Positions 39,706 to 50,270 are shown, counted from the stretch's first letter. The stretch is 64,000 nucleotides of DNA from Alphaproteobacteria bacterium (GCA_038131935.1 JAYPQH010000010.1:21342-85341); one strand, 5' to 3'. The notes: generated by a model not told the origin, from the letters alone. Translations and numbers: made by a program.

Positions 39706-40662
39706 CCTGTCGCATGTAGGCAAAGATGGCCTTTGAAGAGAGGCTCAATTTGCAAGCCAGCCTGCCATGCGCGTAGTCCTGAACGGCAACATAAAACGAT
39801 CCTAGAAGAGCTGTCTGCCTCAGCAACATGATTTTTAAGTTGGTCCAAGTTGAGTCTTAAAGCTTGTTTATGCACCAGGGGACCTTCTTCAGGTTCTCTC
39901 AAATCGACAATTATATCTTGGGCGGTAAAATCTTCCTGCGCGATAAAAGGCCAAATATCTTCAGGTTCAGGAGCATCATGGAATGCAAATGTTGCAAAAT
40001 GCTGTTTGAGACCATCATAACGTATCAAGGTTCCCATGGGTGAGGGGGAGAGGGCCGAGAGAATTTGTAATGCCAACTGCGCTTGTAAACTGCCCAAAAC
40101 CCCAACCACCGGGCCTAGTACCCCAGATTCAGCACAGGTCGTCAATTGAGGGGGACTTGTGGGAAAACAGCCCTTAATGAAGGTGCTGATCCGCAAAAAC
40201 ATCCCACATATCCTGGGTACCCACTACGGATGCAGAAATCAAAGGTATGCTCTTTTGTAAGCAAATATCTGAGAGGAAGTAGCTCACTGCAAATGCATCG
40301 GCGCAGTCAATAACCAAATCTACATCTTTTACAATATTCTGGACATTATGAGGTGTGATTGCTGATGTTATAGCCTCGACGCGTACATCAGGATTACGTT
40401 TTGTAACAAATAGTGAGGCTTGTATGGCTTTGTTCTGACCAATATCACCTATATCGAAAAGTGTCTGTCGATGTAAGTTGGAAAGTTGGATTTCATCTGG
40501 GTCTGCAATCTGCAAGCGTCCTAGGCCAGCACCACCTAAATATTGAAGGACTGGTGCGGCCAATCCTCCAGCGCCAACAACCAACACATGAGCTTCACGC
40601 AGTTGACACTGACCATCAATTCCAAATTCCGTTACCGCGATTTGTCGCTCATATCGGTTCAT
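39702..40662 (-). CDS. thiF: ThiF/MoeB adenylyltransferase with C-terminal rhodanese-like domain, two indels near 40213 and 40160
   Basis: RYERQ, VVGAGGL, SNLHRQ, DCAD. Repaired linker GYVGCFCGSAPSLRAVFP, then GVLGPVVG and CRSGLRA. Confidence 0.88.
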
Positions 40663-41255
40663 GATAATTGGGCTCTCCATTCTTGGATGCGTTTTTCTGG
40701 CTGCTCATGCATGGTTATAACCGTTACAACCGATATGATGTCCGCCCCGGCTTGCCTTGCTTCAAGTGCTCGTTCAGGTGTCATGCCGCCAATGGCAACC
40801 AATGGTATGTTTCCAACATAGGACTTCCATTTGGAAATTTTCTTCACACCTTGAGGTGCCCATTTCATCTTTTTGAGAATGGTTGGCCAAATAGGTCCTA
40901 GCGCAACATATTGTGGTTCCAAAGCCAATGCCCGCTGAAGCTCCGTTTCATCATGAGTAGATATGCCTAGATTTATGTTTGCCTTTCTAAGCCCTGGTAT
41001 ATCTGCGGTATCAAGATCTTCCTGGCCCAAATGACACCAATTAGCGCCAATTTCAATCGCGGTTTCCCAGTAATCATTCACGACCAATATGGCCTCATAT
41101 TTTGTACAAATTTTTAGGGCATCTTGGAGCATTGATTTTGTTGTTGCGCTATCTTTGTCCTTAATCCGCATTTGGACGAATGTGACGCCAAGCGGGAGTG
41201 CCCGTTCCAACCAATGAACATCATCAAAAATAGGATAAAATGGATCCATTGTCAT
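40659..41255 (-). CDS. thiE: Thiamine-phosphate synthase
   Basis: VQMRIK, VNDYW, HLGQED, GISTH, VAIGG. Confidence 0.95.
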   Translation of the reverse strand: MTMDPFYPIFDDVHWLERALPLGVTFVQMRIKDKDSATTKSMLQDALKICTKYEAILVVNDYWETAIEIGANWCHLGQEDLDTADIPGLRKANINLGISTHDETELQRALALEPQYVALGPIWPTILKKMKWAPQGVKKISKWKSYVGNIPLVAIGGMTPERALEARQAGADIISVVTVITMHEQPEKRIQEWRAQLS

Positions 41256-42016
41256 GATAGCTCAGCCAATCCTAATAGAGGAGTGGATGGACTTGCCATA
41301 TCGCGGCTTTCCATAGGATCAGATTGACGTCCTAGTATACCTGCTTGAAGCGCCAACGAAAATGCCTCAGCCATACCAGCAGGATCACCGGCTTGCGCAA
41401 CGGCTGTGTTGAGCAAAACAGCATCGAATCCCATTTCCATCGCTTGGGTGGCATGTGATGGCAGGCCTAACCCTGCATCAATCACCATTGGAATGTCTGG
41501 AAATTGCTTCCTAAGGGTGCGTAGGCCATAAGGGTTGTTCAAACCGAGCCCCGTCCCAATAGGTGCCCCCCATGGCATGAGTACTTCACATCCTGCCTCA
41601 AGCAATTTACCCCCTAAAATGCCGTCTTCAGTCGTATAAGGAAACACCTTGAACCCTTCAGACAATAATATTTTTGCCGCTTCAAGAAGGCCAAAGGGAT
41701 CTGGTTGTAAGGTGTCGGGATGTCCAATAACCTCAAGTTTGATCCAGTCTGTTGCGAAAAGTTCTCTTGCCATATGGGCGGTCGTGACCGCTTCGTGGAC
41801 AGAGTAACAACCTGCTGTATTGGGTAAAATCGAGACATTCAGCTTTTTAATGATGTCCCAAAAGGGAGATCCTCCTGCATTCTCCCGACGTAATGATACC
41901 GTAGCAACGCCTGCCTTTGAGCGAAAAAAGGCTTGTTCTAAAATGTGGGGTGATGGGTATTGCGCTGTACCAAGCATCAGTGGTGATAAGATCTCTTGTC
42001 CATAAAATGTAGGCAT
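41252..42016 (-). CDS. thiG: Thiazole synthase
   Basis: [37 protein letters not shown]. Confidence 0.97.
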   Translation of the reverse strand: MPTFYGQEILSPLMLGTAQYPSPHILEQAFFRSKAGVATVSLRRENAGGSPFWDIIKKLNVSILPNTAGCYSVHEAVTTAHMARELFATDWIKLEVIGHPDTLQPDPFGLLEAAKILLSEGFKVFPYTTEDGILGGKLLEAGCEVLMPWGAPIGTGLGLNNPYGLRTLRKQFPDIPMVIDAGLGLPSHATQAMEMGFDAVLLNTAVAQAGDPAGMAEAFSLALQAGILGRQSDPMESRDMASPSTPLLGLAELS

Positions 42017-42017
42017 A

Positions 42018-42218
42018 TCATCCTCCCTGCTGAGGGCTGAGAATTTCAATGCGGTCACCCGTTTCAATCAATCGGGTGCTACGTTGTGCTCGTGATACAA
42101 ATTGCCCATTCACAGCTGTTGCGACTGTTGTTTTGTCCAATCCAAGAGAGAGAACAAGCGCTTCTAGATCTCTCTCCTCTGTTTGGTGTTCAGTACCATT
42201 TACGGTGATATTTTTCAT
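42018..42218 (-). CDS. thiS: Sulfur carrier ThiS
   Basis: 66 aa, [11 protein letters not shown]-terminal QGG. Confidence 0.95.
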   Translation of the reverse strand: MKNITVNGTEHQTEERDLEALVLSLGLDKTTVATAVNGQFVSRAQRSTRLIETGDRIEILSPQQGG

Positions 42219-43186
42219 GACAAGGCAGGCTCCTTACCCTCTAAGATAAGCGCTGTCGTTCTACATGCCAATGCTGGTGCGAGCAAGAAACCGTGACGAA
42301 ATAGCCCATTAACGTAGATTTTGTTGTTTTTCGAAATAATACGAGGAAGATTGTCAAAAAATGCTGGGCGCGCATCTGCACCCATTTCAATAATTTCTGC
42401 CTCAGCAAAGCCGGGATGCAGACTGTAAGCTGCGTTGAGAAGTTCTACCGCTGATCGCACTGTGATGGGACCTCGATGTTGGCTCTCAATTTGCGTCGCG
42501 CCAAGCATAAATACACCCTTTCCCCTTGGAACAATGTACAACGGATAACGAGGGTGTAGAAAACGAATAGGACGCTGATAATTGATGTCCTTGCTAAATA
42601 GCATCAGCATTTCACCACGCACGCCGCGCAGTTGAGGTAGCTCGTCTTGTGCGGCAAGGCCACGACAATCAACGAGGTAATCATAGGATATAGAGGGGAT
42701 GTCTTTCGAAATACCAATATTGTGCTTCCGAATTTCATTCCATAATGCGTTCAGAGCAGCCCGTGGATCAAGATGAGCTTCATCTTTATAAAACAATGCT
42801 TTTGGGAAATGTGCCGCAAGGTCAGGTTCATAGGATGCCAGTTCTTCTTGTTTTAACCAGCTATGGTTGGTTGTTCTGCGTGCAAATTGCACCAATTGCT
42901 GTTGGTCACGTGATGTGGCGACGACCAAACTCCCTCGCTGTTGAACCAATCCAGGAAACGATTGCCACCATGCAGCAGCCTCCTCGCCAAGGTTGGCAAT
43001 CATGGGTTCAGCCGTGGCTGATTCACAATAAGGTGCCAACATACCGCCTGCCCACCACGAACATTGATGGGCACCAGGGTGCATATATGGATCAACCAGA
43101 TGGACCTGAGCATTGTTTTTTGCCAATTCAACCGCGTGTGTTAGCCCTGCAACGCCTGCACCAAGAATCACAATGGTTTTTGACAT
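42215..43186 (-). CDS. thiO: Glycine oxidase ThiO
   Basis: GAGVAG, SWWAGGMLAP, HPRYPLYIVPR, GLFRHGFLLAP. Confidence 0.93.
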   Translation of the reverse strand: MSKTIVILGAGVAGLTHAVELAKNNAQVHLVDPYMHPGAHQCSWWAGGMLAPYCESATAEPMIANLGEEAAAWWQSFPGLVQQRGSLVVATSRDQQQLVQFARRTTNHSWLKQEELASYEPDLAAHFPKALFYKDEAHLDPRAALNALWNEIRKHNIGISKDIPSISYDYLVDCRGLAAQDELPQLRGVRGEMLMLFSKDINYQRPIRFLHPRYPLYIVPRGKGVFMLGATQIESQHRGPITVRSAVELLNAAYSLHPGFAEAEIIEMGADARPAFFDNLPRIISKNNKIYVNGLFRHGFLLAPALACRTTALILEGKEPALS

Positions 43187-43320
43187 GTTTGTACTATCCC
43201 ATCAGTTCGTTTTGCCAAATCCTTACGTCAAATGTCATAAACGGGTCGATCCGTCTATAAAACAGGCTTGTATCAAACCAGAGTATGTGAATATTTGATG
43301 GGAACAACCGAGGGTGGAGC

Positions 43321-44307
43321 ATGAATAAAAACGTTGGTGTTGTACCATTACATGATCATGCAGCACATATATTTCATAAGATTTCTACAGCCCCTATGAT
43401 AGATTGGAGTGACCGTCATTACCGTCATTTTATGAAATTGTTAAATCCTCATCTGACAACTTATTCCGAGATGATTGTTGACCAAGCTATCATTCATGGC
43501 GACCGAGAAATCTTGTTAGCCAAGAGCGATCTCGATGATGACTGCATTCTGCAAATTGGTGGCAGTGATCCTACGTCCATGGCTCACGCAGCTAAGTGGG
43601 CAGAAAAATTTGGCTATGCTGGGGTCAATATAAATGTAGGATGTCCAAGTGATAGGGTGCAATCGGGATGTTTTGGGGCTGTGTTGATGCGGCAGCCCGA
43701 GCTGGTTGCGCAGATATTTACCCAGATCTCCGAGGGCATATCGCTGCCTGTATCGATCAAGTGTAGACTTGGTGTGGATGAACAAAATGTTATGCAAACC
43801 TTTCCGCACTTTCTGGAGACAGTAACATCTGCAGGTTGTCAGCATGTTGTTGTTCATGCGCGTAAAGCTTGGTTGAATGGGCTCTCGCCCAAGGAAAATA
43901 GAAATATTCCCCCACTCGATTACGCGTTACCTGCTGGCATGAAAGATCATTATGGACCACGGTTATGTATTGAAATCAACGGCGGGATTTCCTCTCTTGG
44001 GGAGGCTGCTGTGCATTTGCAACATTTCGATCGGGTAATGATAGGAAGAATGGCGTATCACAATCCATTTGGTTTGGCTGATAGGGGCGTTGATCGCTCA
44101 CAAATAGTATATCAGATGCTTGGCTACATAGATCGACATATCAAAATTGGGGGTCGTGCTCATCAAGTCTTGCGTCACATGCATGGTTTATACCACAATG
44201 TTCCGGGAGCGCGTCGGTGGCGGCAATTATTGTCAGCATCGTCAGCAAACTATTCTTATACTGCCTTTAAAAATTTTCTTGATCATCAGGAGTCATTGCA
44301 TGTTTGA
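43321..44307 (+). CDS. dusA: tRNA dihydrouridine(20/20a) synthase
   Basis: APMIDWSDRH, NINVGCPSDRVQSG, VHARKAWL.GLSPKENR.IPPL. Confidence 0.95.
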   Translation: MNKNVGVVPLHDHAAHIFHKISTAPMIDWSDRHYRHFMKLLNPHLTTYSEMIVDQAIIHGDREILLAKSDLDDDCILQIGGSDPTSMAHAAKWAEKFGYAGVNINVGCPSDRVQSGCFGAVLMRQPELVAQIFTQISEGISLPVSIKCRLGVDEQNVMQTFPHFLETVTSAGCQHVVVHARKAWLNGLSPKENRNIPPLDYALPAGMKDHYGPRLCIEINGGISSLGEAAVHLQHFDRVMIGRMAYHNPFGLADRGVDRSQIVYQMLGYIDRHIKIGGRAHQVLRHMHGLYHNVPGARRWRQLLSASSANYSYTAFKNFLDHQESLHV

Positions 44308-45124
44308 GGTGGATCTCATTGTTTTTGTTTTGGCAATTTTGGTGGTGTTGGGATCGGCTGTCGTGGCTGGTTTGGCTGCTGGCTTGTTCGGTATTGGAGG
44401 TGGAATCATTCTTGTCCCAGGTTTGACCGACATGATGATGCTTCTTGGCGTTCCCGTAGAAGAGGCGATACGTACGGCCGTTGGAACTTCACTTGCAACG
44501 GTTGTGGTGACGTCCGTGCGTTCAGCTCATGCCCATTACAAGAAAGGCTCATTTTCCTGGCAAGTCGCCCGAGATTGGGCACCCTTCATTATCATAGGTG
44601 CGTTGTGCGGAACGGCGCTTGGTAGTCAAGGCAGTCGAGAGTTGTTTCGGTTCTTGTTCTTGTTTTTAGGTCCTATTATTGCGTTCAATATGGCATTTGG
44701 CCGTAAAGATTGGTCTGGTGTCCATATTCCATTGCGCCGTTATTTACAGCCTCTCAGTGGTTCCTTGGTGGGTTTTTTCTCTGTTATGATGGGACTAGGT
44801 GTTGGTGGACTTGGTGTGCCTACGATAACATTGTTTGGTGTTGAACTGCGACGTGCTATTGGCACGGCAGCTGTTTTAGGCCTTTGTACTTCAATTCCTG
44901 GGGTATGTGGGTTTATGTATTCTGGTATTGTGCATGAGGCACAAATAGCTGGACCTTCCACAGGATACATTTCATGGCTTGGCTTTGCGCTTATCGTGCC
45001 TGTAACGCTATGGCTAGCGCCACTCGGGGTAAAACTGAACCATCTTATGTCACTGGATCTCTTGAGACGTGCCTTCGCCGTCCTGACGATTGTGAATGTG
45101 ATCAGGTTGGGATTAACGATTTAG
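44300..45124 (+). CDS. TauE/SafE family membrane transporter
   Basis: GLFGIGGG..LVP, AVGTSLA, multiple TM segments. Overlaps the dusA end. Confidence 0.88.
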   Translation: MFEVDLIVFVLAILVVLGSAVVAGLAAGLFGIGGGIILVPGLTDMMMLLGVPVEEAIRTAVGTSLATVVVTSVRSAHAHYKKGSFSWQVARDWAPFIIIGALCGTALGSQGSRELFRFLFLFLGPIIAFNMAFGRKDWSGVHIPLRRYLQPLSGSLVGFFSVMMGLGVGGLGVPTITLFGVELRRAIGTAAVLGLCTSIPGVCGFMYSGIVHEAQIAGPSTGYISWLGFALIVPVTLWLAPLGVKLNHLMSLDLLRRAFAVLTIVNVIRLGLTI

Positions 45125-45176
45125 CCAGGTACAAGAAGTTCTCACCATCTTTTTGACTTCCTGCATCACCAACACG

Positions 45177-46679
45177 CTAGTCAAGCTCTATTTTTTGATC
45201 ATAAGCGCCGACGTCATCTATGCATTCAAGTCTTTGATCTATAACTTTAAAAATGCCCTTCATGCGTTCTTCCGAAACAGGGCTTTCGACCACCACAACT
45301 AAGTTTGGCTTGTTTGATGAGGCGCGTACAAGTCCCCAAGTGCCGTCTTCAAGTGTAATACGTATTCCATTTACCCTATTGATATCCTTAATTTTTAGTC
45401 CATTCACCAACAAGCCTGCTGCTGCATCTTCTTCAAAGCCATCAGCGATTTGTTCAACAACGGCATATTTTTTTTCATCGGCGCAATAGGGCGACATTGT
45501 AGGACTAGACCACGTCATAGGAAGGGAACGCCGCAGATCTGCAAGTGACTGAGGAAATTGAGCGCAAAGCATATGACAGATATGAACGGCGGTTAGTAAT
45601 CCATCATCATAGCCTCTCCCAAGCGGAGGATTTAGAAAATAATGACCTGATTTTTCAAAGCCCGCTAAAGCCCCGCGCTCGTTGACATGGCGTTTCATGT
45701 AGGAGTGGCCTGTTTTCCAATATTCCGTGCGTGCTCCCAAGTTTCGTAACATATCATCTGTGTTAAACAGACTTGTGGACTTTACATCGACAACGAATAA
45801 CGGAGCGGTGTGATGACGGGCAAATTCACGAGCCATTATTACCCCCATCTTATCGGCAAAAATTTCTTCGCCTTCGTTATCTACGACGCCACAACGGTCC
45901 CCATCACCGTCAAATGCGAAACCAACATCCGCACCATGTGCGCGTACCTTCTCACTCAAAGCGTGGAGCATTACCATATCTTCGGGGTTAGGGTTATAAT
46001 TTGGGAAACTATGGTCAAGCTCACATGTTTCTTCAATGACTTCACACCCAAGATCTTGAAATAGTTTAGGGGCAAACGCTCCAGCGGTACCATTGCCAGC
46101 TGCGCACACAACCTTAAGTTTTTTTGTGACCCTACCCATGGATAAAAGATCTTCCAAATAGGCGTCAGCTATATGATGATGACGGACCAGACTCCCACCC
46201 CCTATGGGATCCATTTTTTTCTGTAAGGTTATGTCCTTCAGTTGTGACATTTCCTCTGGTCCATGGGTCAATGGCCGCTTGGTACCAATTTTTACGCCTG
46301 TCCAGCCGTTTTCATTGTGAGATGCTGTGACCATCGCAACAGATTGGACATCAAGGTGGAATTGCGCAAAATAAGCCATCGGAGATGTGCATAGTCCTAT
46401 GTCATGCACGCGACAGCCCGTATTCATTAAGCCAATGATGAGGGCATTTTTAACTGCCTGAGAGTATGATCGGAAGTCATGGCCAACAATTATTTCTTTT
46501 GGTGCGTCAAGAAGAGGCAGCTGTGTTCCAAGAGCTTCGCCTAACAATACAAATCCGTTTAGATTGATTTGCGATCCCAGCAACCATCGCGCATCATATT
46601 CTCGGAAGCCAGTTTTTGCAATGAGTGCATGCTCTTCATATGCGCGACTATTCGAGGGTAATTCATCAAAAATATTCAT
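45177..46679 (-). CDS. Phosphomannomutase / phosphoglucomutase
   Basis: GFREYDAR, VTASHN, FDGDGDR, GFEKSGH, LVRASSN. Confidence 0.95.
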   Translation of the reverse strand: MNIFDELPSNSRAYEEHALIAKTGFREYDARWLLGSQINLNGFVLLGEALGTQLPLLDAPKEIIVGHDFRSYSQAVKNALIIGLMNTGCRVHDIGLCTSPMAYFAQFHLDVQSVAMVTASHNENGWTGVKIGTKRPLTHGPEEMSQLKDITLQKKMDPIGGGSLVRHHHIADAYLEDLLSMGRVTKKLKVVCAAGNGTAGAFAPKLFQDLGCEVIEETCELDHSFPNYNPNPEDMVMLHALSEKVRAHGADVGFAFDGDGDRCGVVDNEGEEIFADKMGVIMAREFARHHTAPLFVVDVKSTSLFNTDDMLRNLGARTEYWKTGHSYMKRHVNERGALAGFEKSGHYFLNPPLGRGYDDGLLTAVHICHMLCAQFPQSLADLRRSLPMTWSSPTMSPYCADEKKYAVVEQIADGFEEDAAAGLLVNGLKIKDINRVNGIRITLEDGTWGLVRASSNKPNLVVVVESPVSEERMKGIFKVIDQRLECIDDVGAYDQKIELD

Positions 46680-46718
46680 AAAAATACCGTATTTACAGGT
46701 TATTGTCCAATATTTCTG

Positions 46719-46883
46719 TCAATTTGCAATGTTACGCTGCGGCAGCTCACTAACAATTTGATGTTTGTACTCATCGCTCATTTGGGACCATGATGCAATC
46801 TCTTTCAATGAGCGCTTGCAAGATATGCAATGTGACCTTGCTTGGTTGAGCTGACATTTTTTTTTACAGGGACTATCAACCAT
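46719..46883 (-). CDS. DUF1289 family small Cys-rich protein (54 aa, below the ORF-track cutoff)
   Basis: MVDSPCKKKCQLNQARSHCISCKRSLKEIASWSQMS fits SPCxxxC-x8-CxxCxRxxxEIxxW. Confidence 0.85.
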   Translation of the reverse strand: MVDSPCKKKCQLNQARSHCISCKRSLKEIASWSQMSDEYKHQIVSELPQRNIAN

Positions 46884-46952
46884 GGCGTGGATTTTTTACC
46901 AGAATCATTGTTAAGCAATCGTTTAAACCGAACAGTTAGGTGTGCGCCCATT

Positions 46953-47822
46953 ATGAACGAAGTCAACCCATTTAAAGATATTTTTCAACTCATCGCCGAT
47001 ATGCCGCCAGCAGATGAAGATAAAGCATCTGAGCTGAAGAGGTCTTTGACAGCTATTTCTGCTATGGTGGAAACCGATCATGAAGCTCAACGACAAGCTA
47101 TATGGTATCAATCATGGTCTCAAGCGGCAGTACCTGAACGGCCTACGATTGTTGTGATGGTCACTGCAACTGTAGGAGATGAAGATGTTGTCGAAAAAGC
47201 TTCACAATATATCGACCTTCACAATCGCGCTGGAGGCCTTGCAAGTTATGCAGCTACAAATGTTGGTGCAGGATTATCTTTGTTTGAGTTAGCGCCTTCT
47301 ATGCCATTTGACCCTACCAAGGGTGGACTGGGATCTAAAATGGCCGCAGCTACTTTTGCGTATGGAATGGAAACTTCTGCGCTTGGTGCAGATCTTCTGG
47401 CTTTAACCAGCAAAAGTTTTGGTGCAGAAAGATACCTGGTTCCATTATGGCAAAAAATCTCAATGGGCACTCCGTTTTCCGCTGACGATGTCGAGGATAT
47501 CCTTTGTCATCAAGTGGGACGAGATATTCCCGCATTGATGGGGGCTATGGCAGCAGCAAGGTATCAACGTATACCGGTCATCATGGAAGGCATGGCAGCC
47601 CATATTGCAGCATATTTTCTCTCTTGTTTGCATGAAAATGGTGCGTCACACATCGCATCCGCCAGGTCCCCGCAATGGTTTCATCAGCATGCTTTCTCTG
47701 TCTTAGCGCCATCTGATCATTTGGTAAGTTCCGGTGTTGATTGTGCTCTTGCAAGCAAAGTGGTGGGGACAAGAATTTCTATGATTCAAGATCTGTCCGG
47801 TGTATTGCATGACAGTGCATAA
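46953..47822 (+). CDS. Divergent CobT-like phosphoribosyltransferase homologue
   Basis: AATFAYGME, GADLL, GRDIPALMGAMAAARYQRIPVIMEG, HIASA. The usual catalytic motifs are not visible. Confidence 0.7.
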   Translation: MNEVNPFKDIFQLIADMPPADEDKASELKRSLTAISAMVETDHEAQRQAIWYQSWSQAAVPERPTIVVMVTATVGDEDVVEKASQYIDLHNRAGGLASYAATNVGAGLSLFELAPSMPFDPTKGGLGSKMAAATFAYGMETSALGADLLALTSKSFGAERYLVPLWQKISMGTPFSADDVEDILCHQVGRDIPALMGAMAAARYQRIPVIMEGMAAHIAAYFLSCLHENGASHIASARSPQWFHQHAFSVLAPSDHLVSSGVDCALASKVVGTRISMIQDLSGVLHDSA

Positions 47823-48705
47823 AGCAGTTCCAGAAGCCCAGAAGAGAGCTGCCGACGATTATGAGCGCTTTTCATATGCCTATGGTATAGAAGGCGCTTG
47901 GAAGCGGCGCTTGGTGCGTTTGGTGGAAAATTTGTCTGGCCAACGCCGACTAAGAAAACTGTATTACGCCAACAAACAAAATCCTATCGAGGGAGAGAGT
48001 TTTTGGGATGCAGCCGTACGTCTGCTGCGACTAGAGCTTGTTTATGATCATCATAAGCTCTCAACACTTCCTTCCGATCGTCCTCTGGTGGTGGTGGCCA
48101 ACCATCCATTTGGTGTTTTGGATGGATTGATTATTTGCAAATTGCTTCATTCTGTTCGTAATGATTTTCGGCTGCTTGTAAATGCAGTTTTGGTTCGTGC
48201 TCCTGAAATACAGCAATATTTTCTTCCCGTTGACTTTGACCAAACACGTGAGGCGCTCAAGATTAATCTTGATACACGAAAGCGTGCCTTGCAGCATTTG
48301 CGTGATAATGGTTGTGTCATCATTTTCCCCGCAGGTGGTATTTCAACCTCCCCAAAGGTCATTGATCGTGCGGTTGATGACGAATGGAAGCCGTTTACGG
48401 CTAAGATGATATTAGAGAGCAATGCTGTTGTTCTACCAGTTTTTTTTGAAGGTCAGAATTCACGCCTCTTCCAACTTGCAAGTCACCTTAGTCAATCGAT
48501 GAGGTTAGCCTTAATTTTTCGTGAGGTGAAACGACGCATAGGTAAGCGTGTCTATATACAAATTGGTGATCTTATTGATCCGCAATTGGATCCAGATCTT
48601 AGTGATCGTAAAGTTCTCATGGACCATTTGCGGACGAAGACATATGATTTGGAGAGACGCGTCAGCCTTAAAAGACGCATGGTAACAAAGTTGAGGAAAC
48701 AATGA
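47809..48705 (+). CDS. Lysophospholipid acyltransferase family protein
   Basis: VVANHPFGVLDG (HX4D), IFPAGG, PVFFEGQNSRLFQ. Confidence 0.9.
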   Translation: MTVHKAVPEAQKRAADDYERFSYAYGIEGAWKRRLVRLVENLSGQRRLRKLYYANKQNPIEGESFWDAAVRLLRLELVYDHHKLSTLPSDRPLVVVANHPFGVLDGLIICKLLHSVRNDFRLLVNAVLVRAPEIQQYFLPVDFDQTREALKINLDTRKRALQHLRDNGCVIIFPAGGISTSPKVIDRAVDDEWKPFTAKMILESNAVVLPVFFEGQNSRLFQLASHLSQSMRLALIFREVKRRIGKRVYIQIGDLIDPQLDPDLSDRKVLMDHLRTKTYDLERRVSLKRRMVTKLRKQ

Positions 48706-49304
48706 AATTATACACCACTCAAGGAGCTCCAAACCCACAACGATTGGATTTTTTTCTTGCAGAGAAAGAAATCGTCATTGATCGTGAAGAGGTAACGCTG
48801 ATGGAACGTGCCCATGATGCAGAGGATTTTAGAAAATTATCACCTTTTGGATTGGTGCCTGTTCTTATTCTCGATAATGGTCAGTCTATAACTGAGGTTG
48901 AAGCTATTTGCCGCTATTTTGATGAGGTTGTTCCTCAGCCAAATCTACTTGGATCAAATCCTGAAGAAAAAGCGCTGATAGGTATGTGGTCGCGCTTGAC
49001 CGAATTACAATTGTTAAATCCTATTGCCCAAACCTTTAGGCATAGCCATCCTAAAATGAATGTTCTTCAAGAACAAATAGAGGCTTATGCAGATTTATCA
49101 CGCCGTAATGCTATGAAATCGCTTGATCTGTTTGAGCGGCATATGCAGGGGAGGGAATTTGTTGTGGCTGATCGGTTTACATTGGCAGACATTAATATGT
49201 TTGTGGCCTTGCGCATGATGAAATTGGCAAGGATGGAATTATCATCTTGGGTAACTTTGCATGCTTGGTTTACCTCAAAGAGAGAGCGTCACTGTTTCGC
49301 CTGA
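48702..49304 (+). CDS. Glutathione S-transferase
   Basis: APNP.R..FLAEK, VPVL.LD.G..ITE..AICRY, FTLADI. Confidence 0.92.
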   Translation: MKLYTTQGAPNPQRLDFFLAEKEIVIDREEVTLMERAHDAEDFRKLSPFGLVPVLILDNGQSITEVEAICRYFDEVVPQPNLLGSNPEEKALIGMWSRLTELQLLNPIAQTFRHSHPKMNVLQEQIEAYADLSRRNAMKSLDLFERHMQGREFVVADRFTLADINMFVALRMMKLARMELSSWVTLHAWFTSKRERHCFA

Positions 49305-49387
49305 CAATGTGGCGTGGTGATCTGTATGCAACAGAAATTTAGGATTAAGAAGAAGTCATTTGTTTTGTGAAAAGAAAGGTTAGAACC

Positions 49388-49826
49388 ATGCGATATCTCC
49401 ACACGATGATAAGGGTTGCGGATCTTGACGCCGCGTTAGATTTTTTGGGAATAAACTAGGGTTAGAAGAGGTGCGTCGGGTAGATCATGAAGGTGGCCGT
49501 TTTACATTGGTGTTTTCGCAGCATCCCAAGATGTTGAAGCTGCAAAACGAGATCGCGCGCCTGTAATAGAGCTTACCTACAATTGGGATCCTGAAGAGTA
49601 CACAGGTGGTCGTAATTTTGGTCATTTGGCTTATGAGGTGGATGATATTTACGCTATTTGCGCGCGGCTGCAGCAACATGGTGTTGTGATCAATAGACCC
49701 CCTAGAGACGGACGTATGGCGTTTGTACGCTCTCCAGATGGTATTTCTATTGAGCTTCTGCAAAGAGGTGAGCCTCGTTCGCCTGAAGAGCCTTGGGTAA
49801 GTATGGAAAATGTAGGGGCATGGTAG
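49388..49826 (+). CDS. gloA: Lactoylglutathione lyase (glyoxalase I), two indels near 49441-49446 and 49515
   Basis: [10 protein letters not shown] at 49388, then [29 protein letters not shown] and [23 protein letters not shown] in successive frames. Confidence 0.9.
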
Positions 49827-49943
49827 ATTAAGTGGCAAAAATGTATCATATTAAGATATTATGATTCGATTTTCTATTTTGTCTGCTCATAGCTCTTGAT
49901 GGATTTATGAAAATAGCTACTCCTACATGAATGGTAGGAGTAG

Positions 49944-50189
49944 GTGATGGACAATAGACATTTGATGCTGGCAGAAGAGCTGGTTTTTGCGGCGCAGAAT
50001 GGTGCCTCAGAACAAGAGTTGATGTTAATCATCAAAAGAATTTTTTCGCAAATTGTTGCAAATTCTAATGATAAATTTACTCTTTTATGCCTTGCCGTTC
50101 TGCCTGCCATTGAGATGGCAGAGGGAGACCGTGTAAGTTTGCGCAACAAACTTACGTCAGCCATTCGTTCTGCAGATACTGCAGCGTGA
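49944..50189 (+). CDS. Small hypothetical helical protein
   Basis: 81-aa ORF with strong RBS (AGGAG). Confidence 0.6.
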   Translation: MMDNRHLMLAEELVFAAQNGASEQELMLIIKRIFSQIVANSNDKFTLLCLAVLPAIEMAEGDRVSLRNKLTSAIRSADTAA

Positions 50190-50270
50190 ACCCAACCTCA
50201 ATTTTCCTATGAAGCAGCATGATTTCGTGATACTGCGCTTGGGTACATCTGCTGTTTTAGGAGAAAAAAT

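Noticed and set aside
46911-46926. CtrA box
   Set aside because: The TTAA half-sites are 8 bp apart, not 7.
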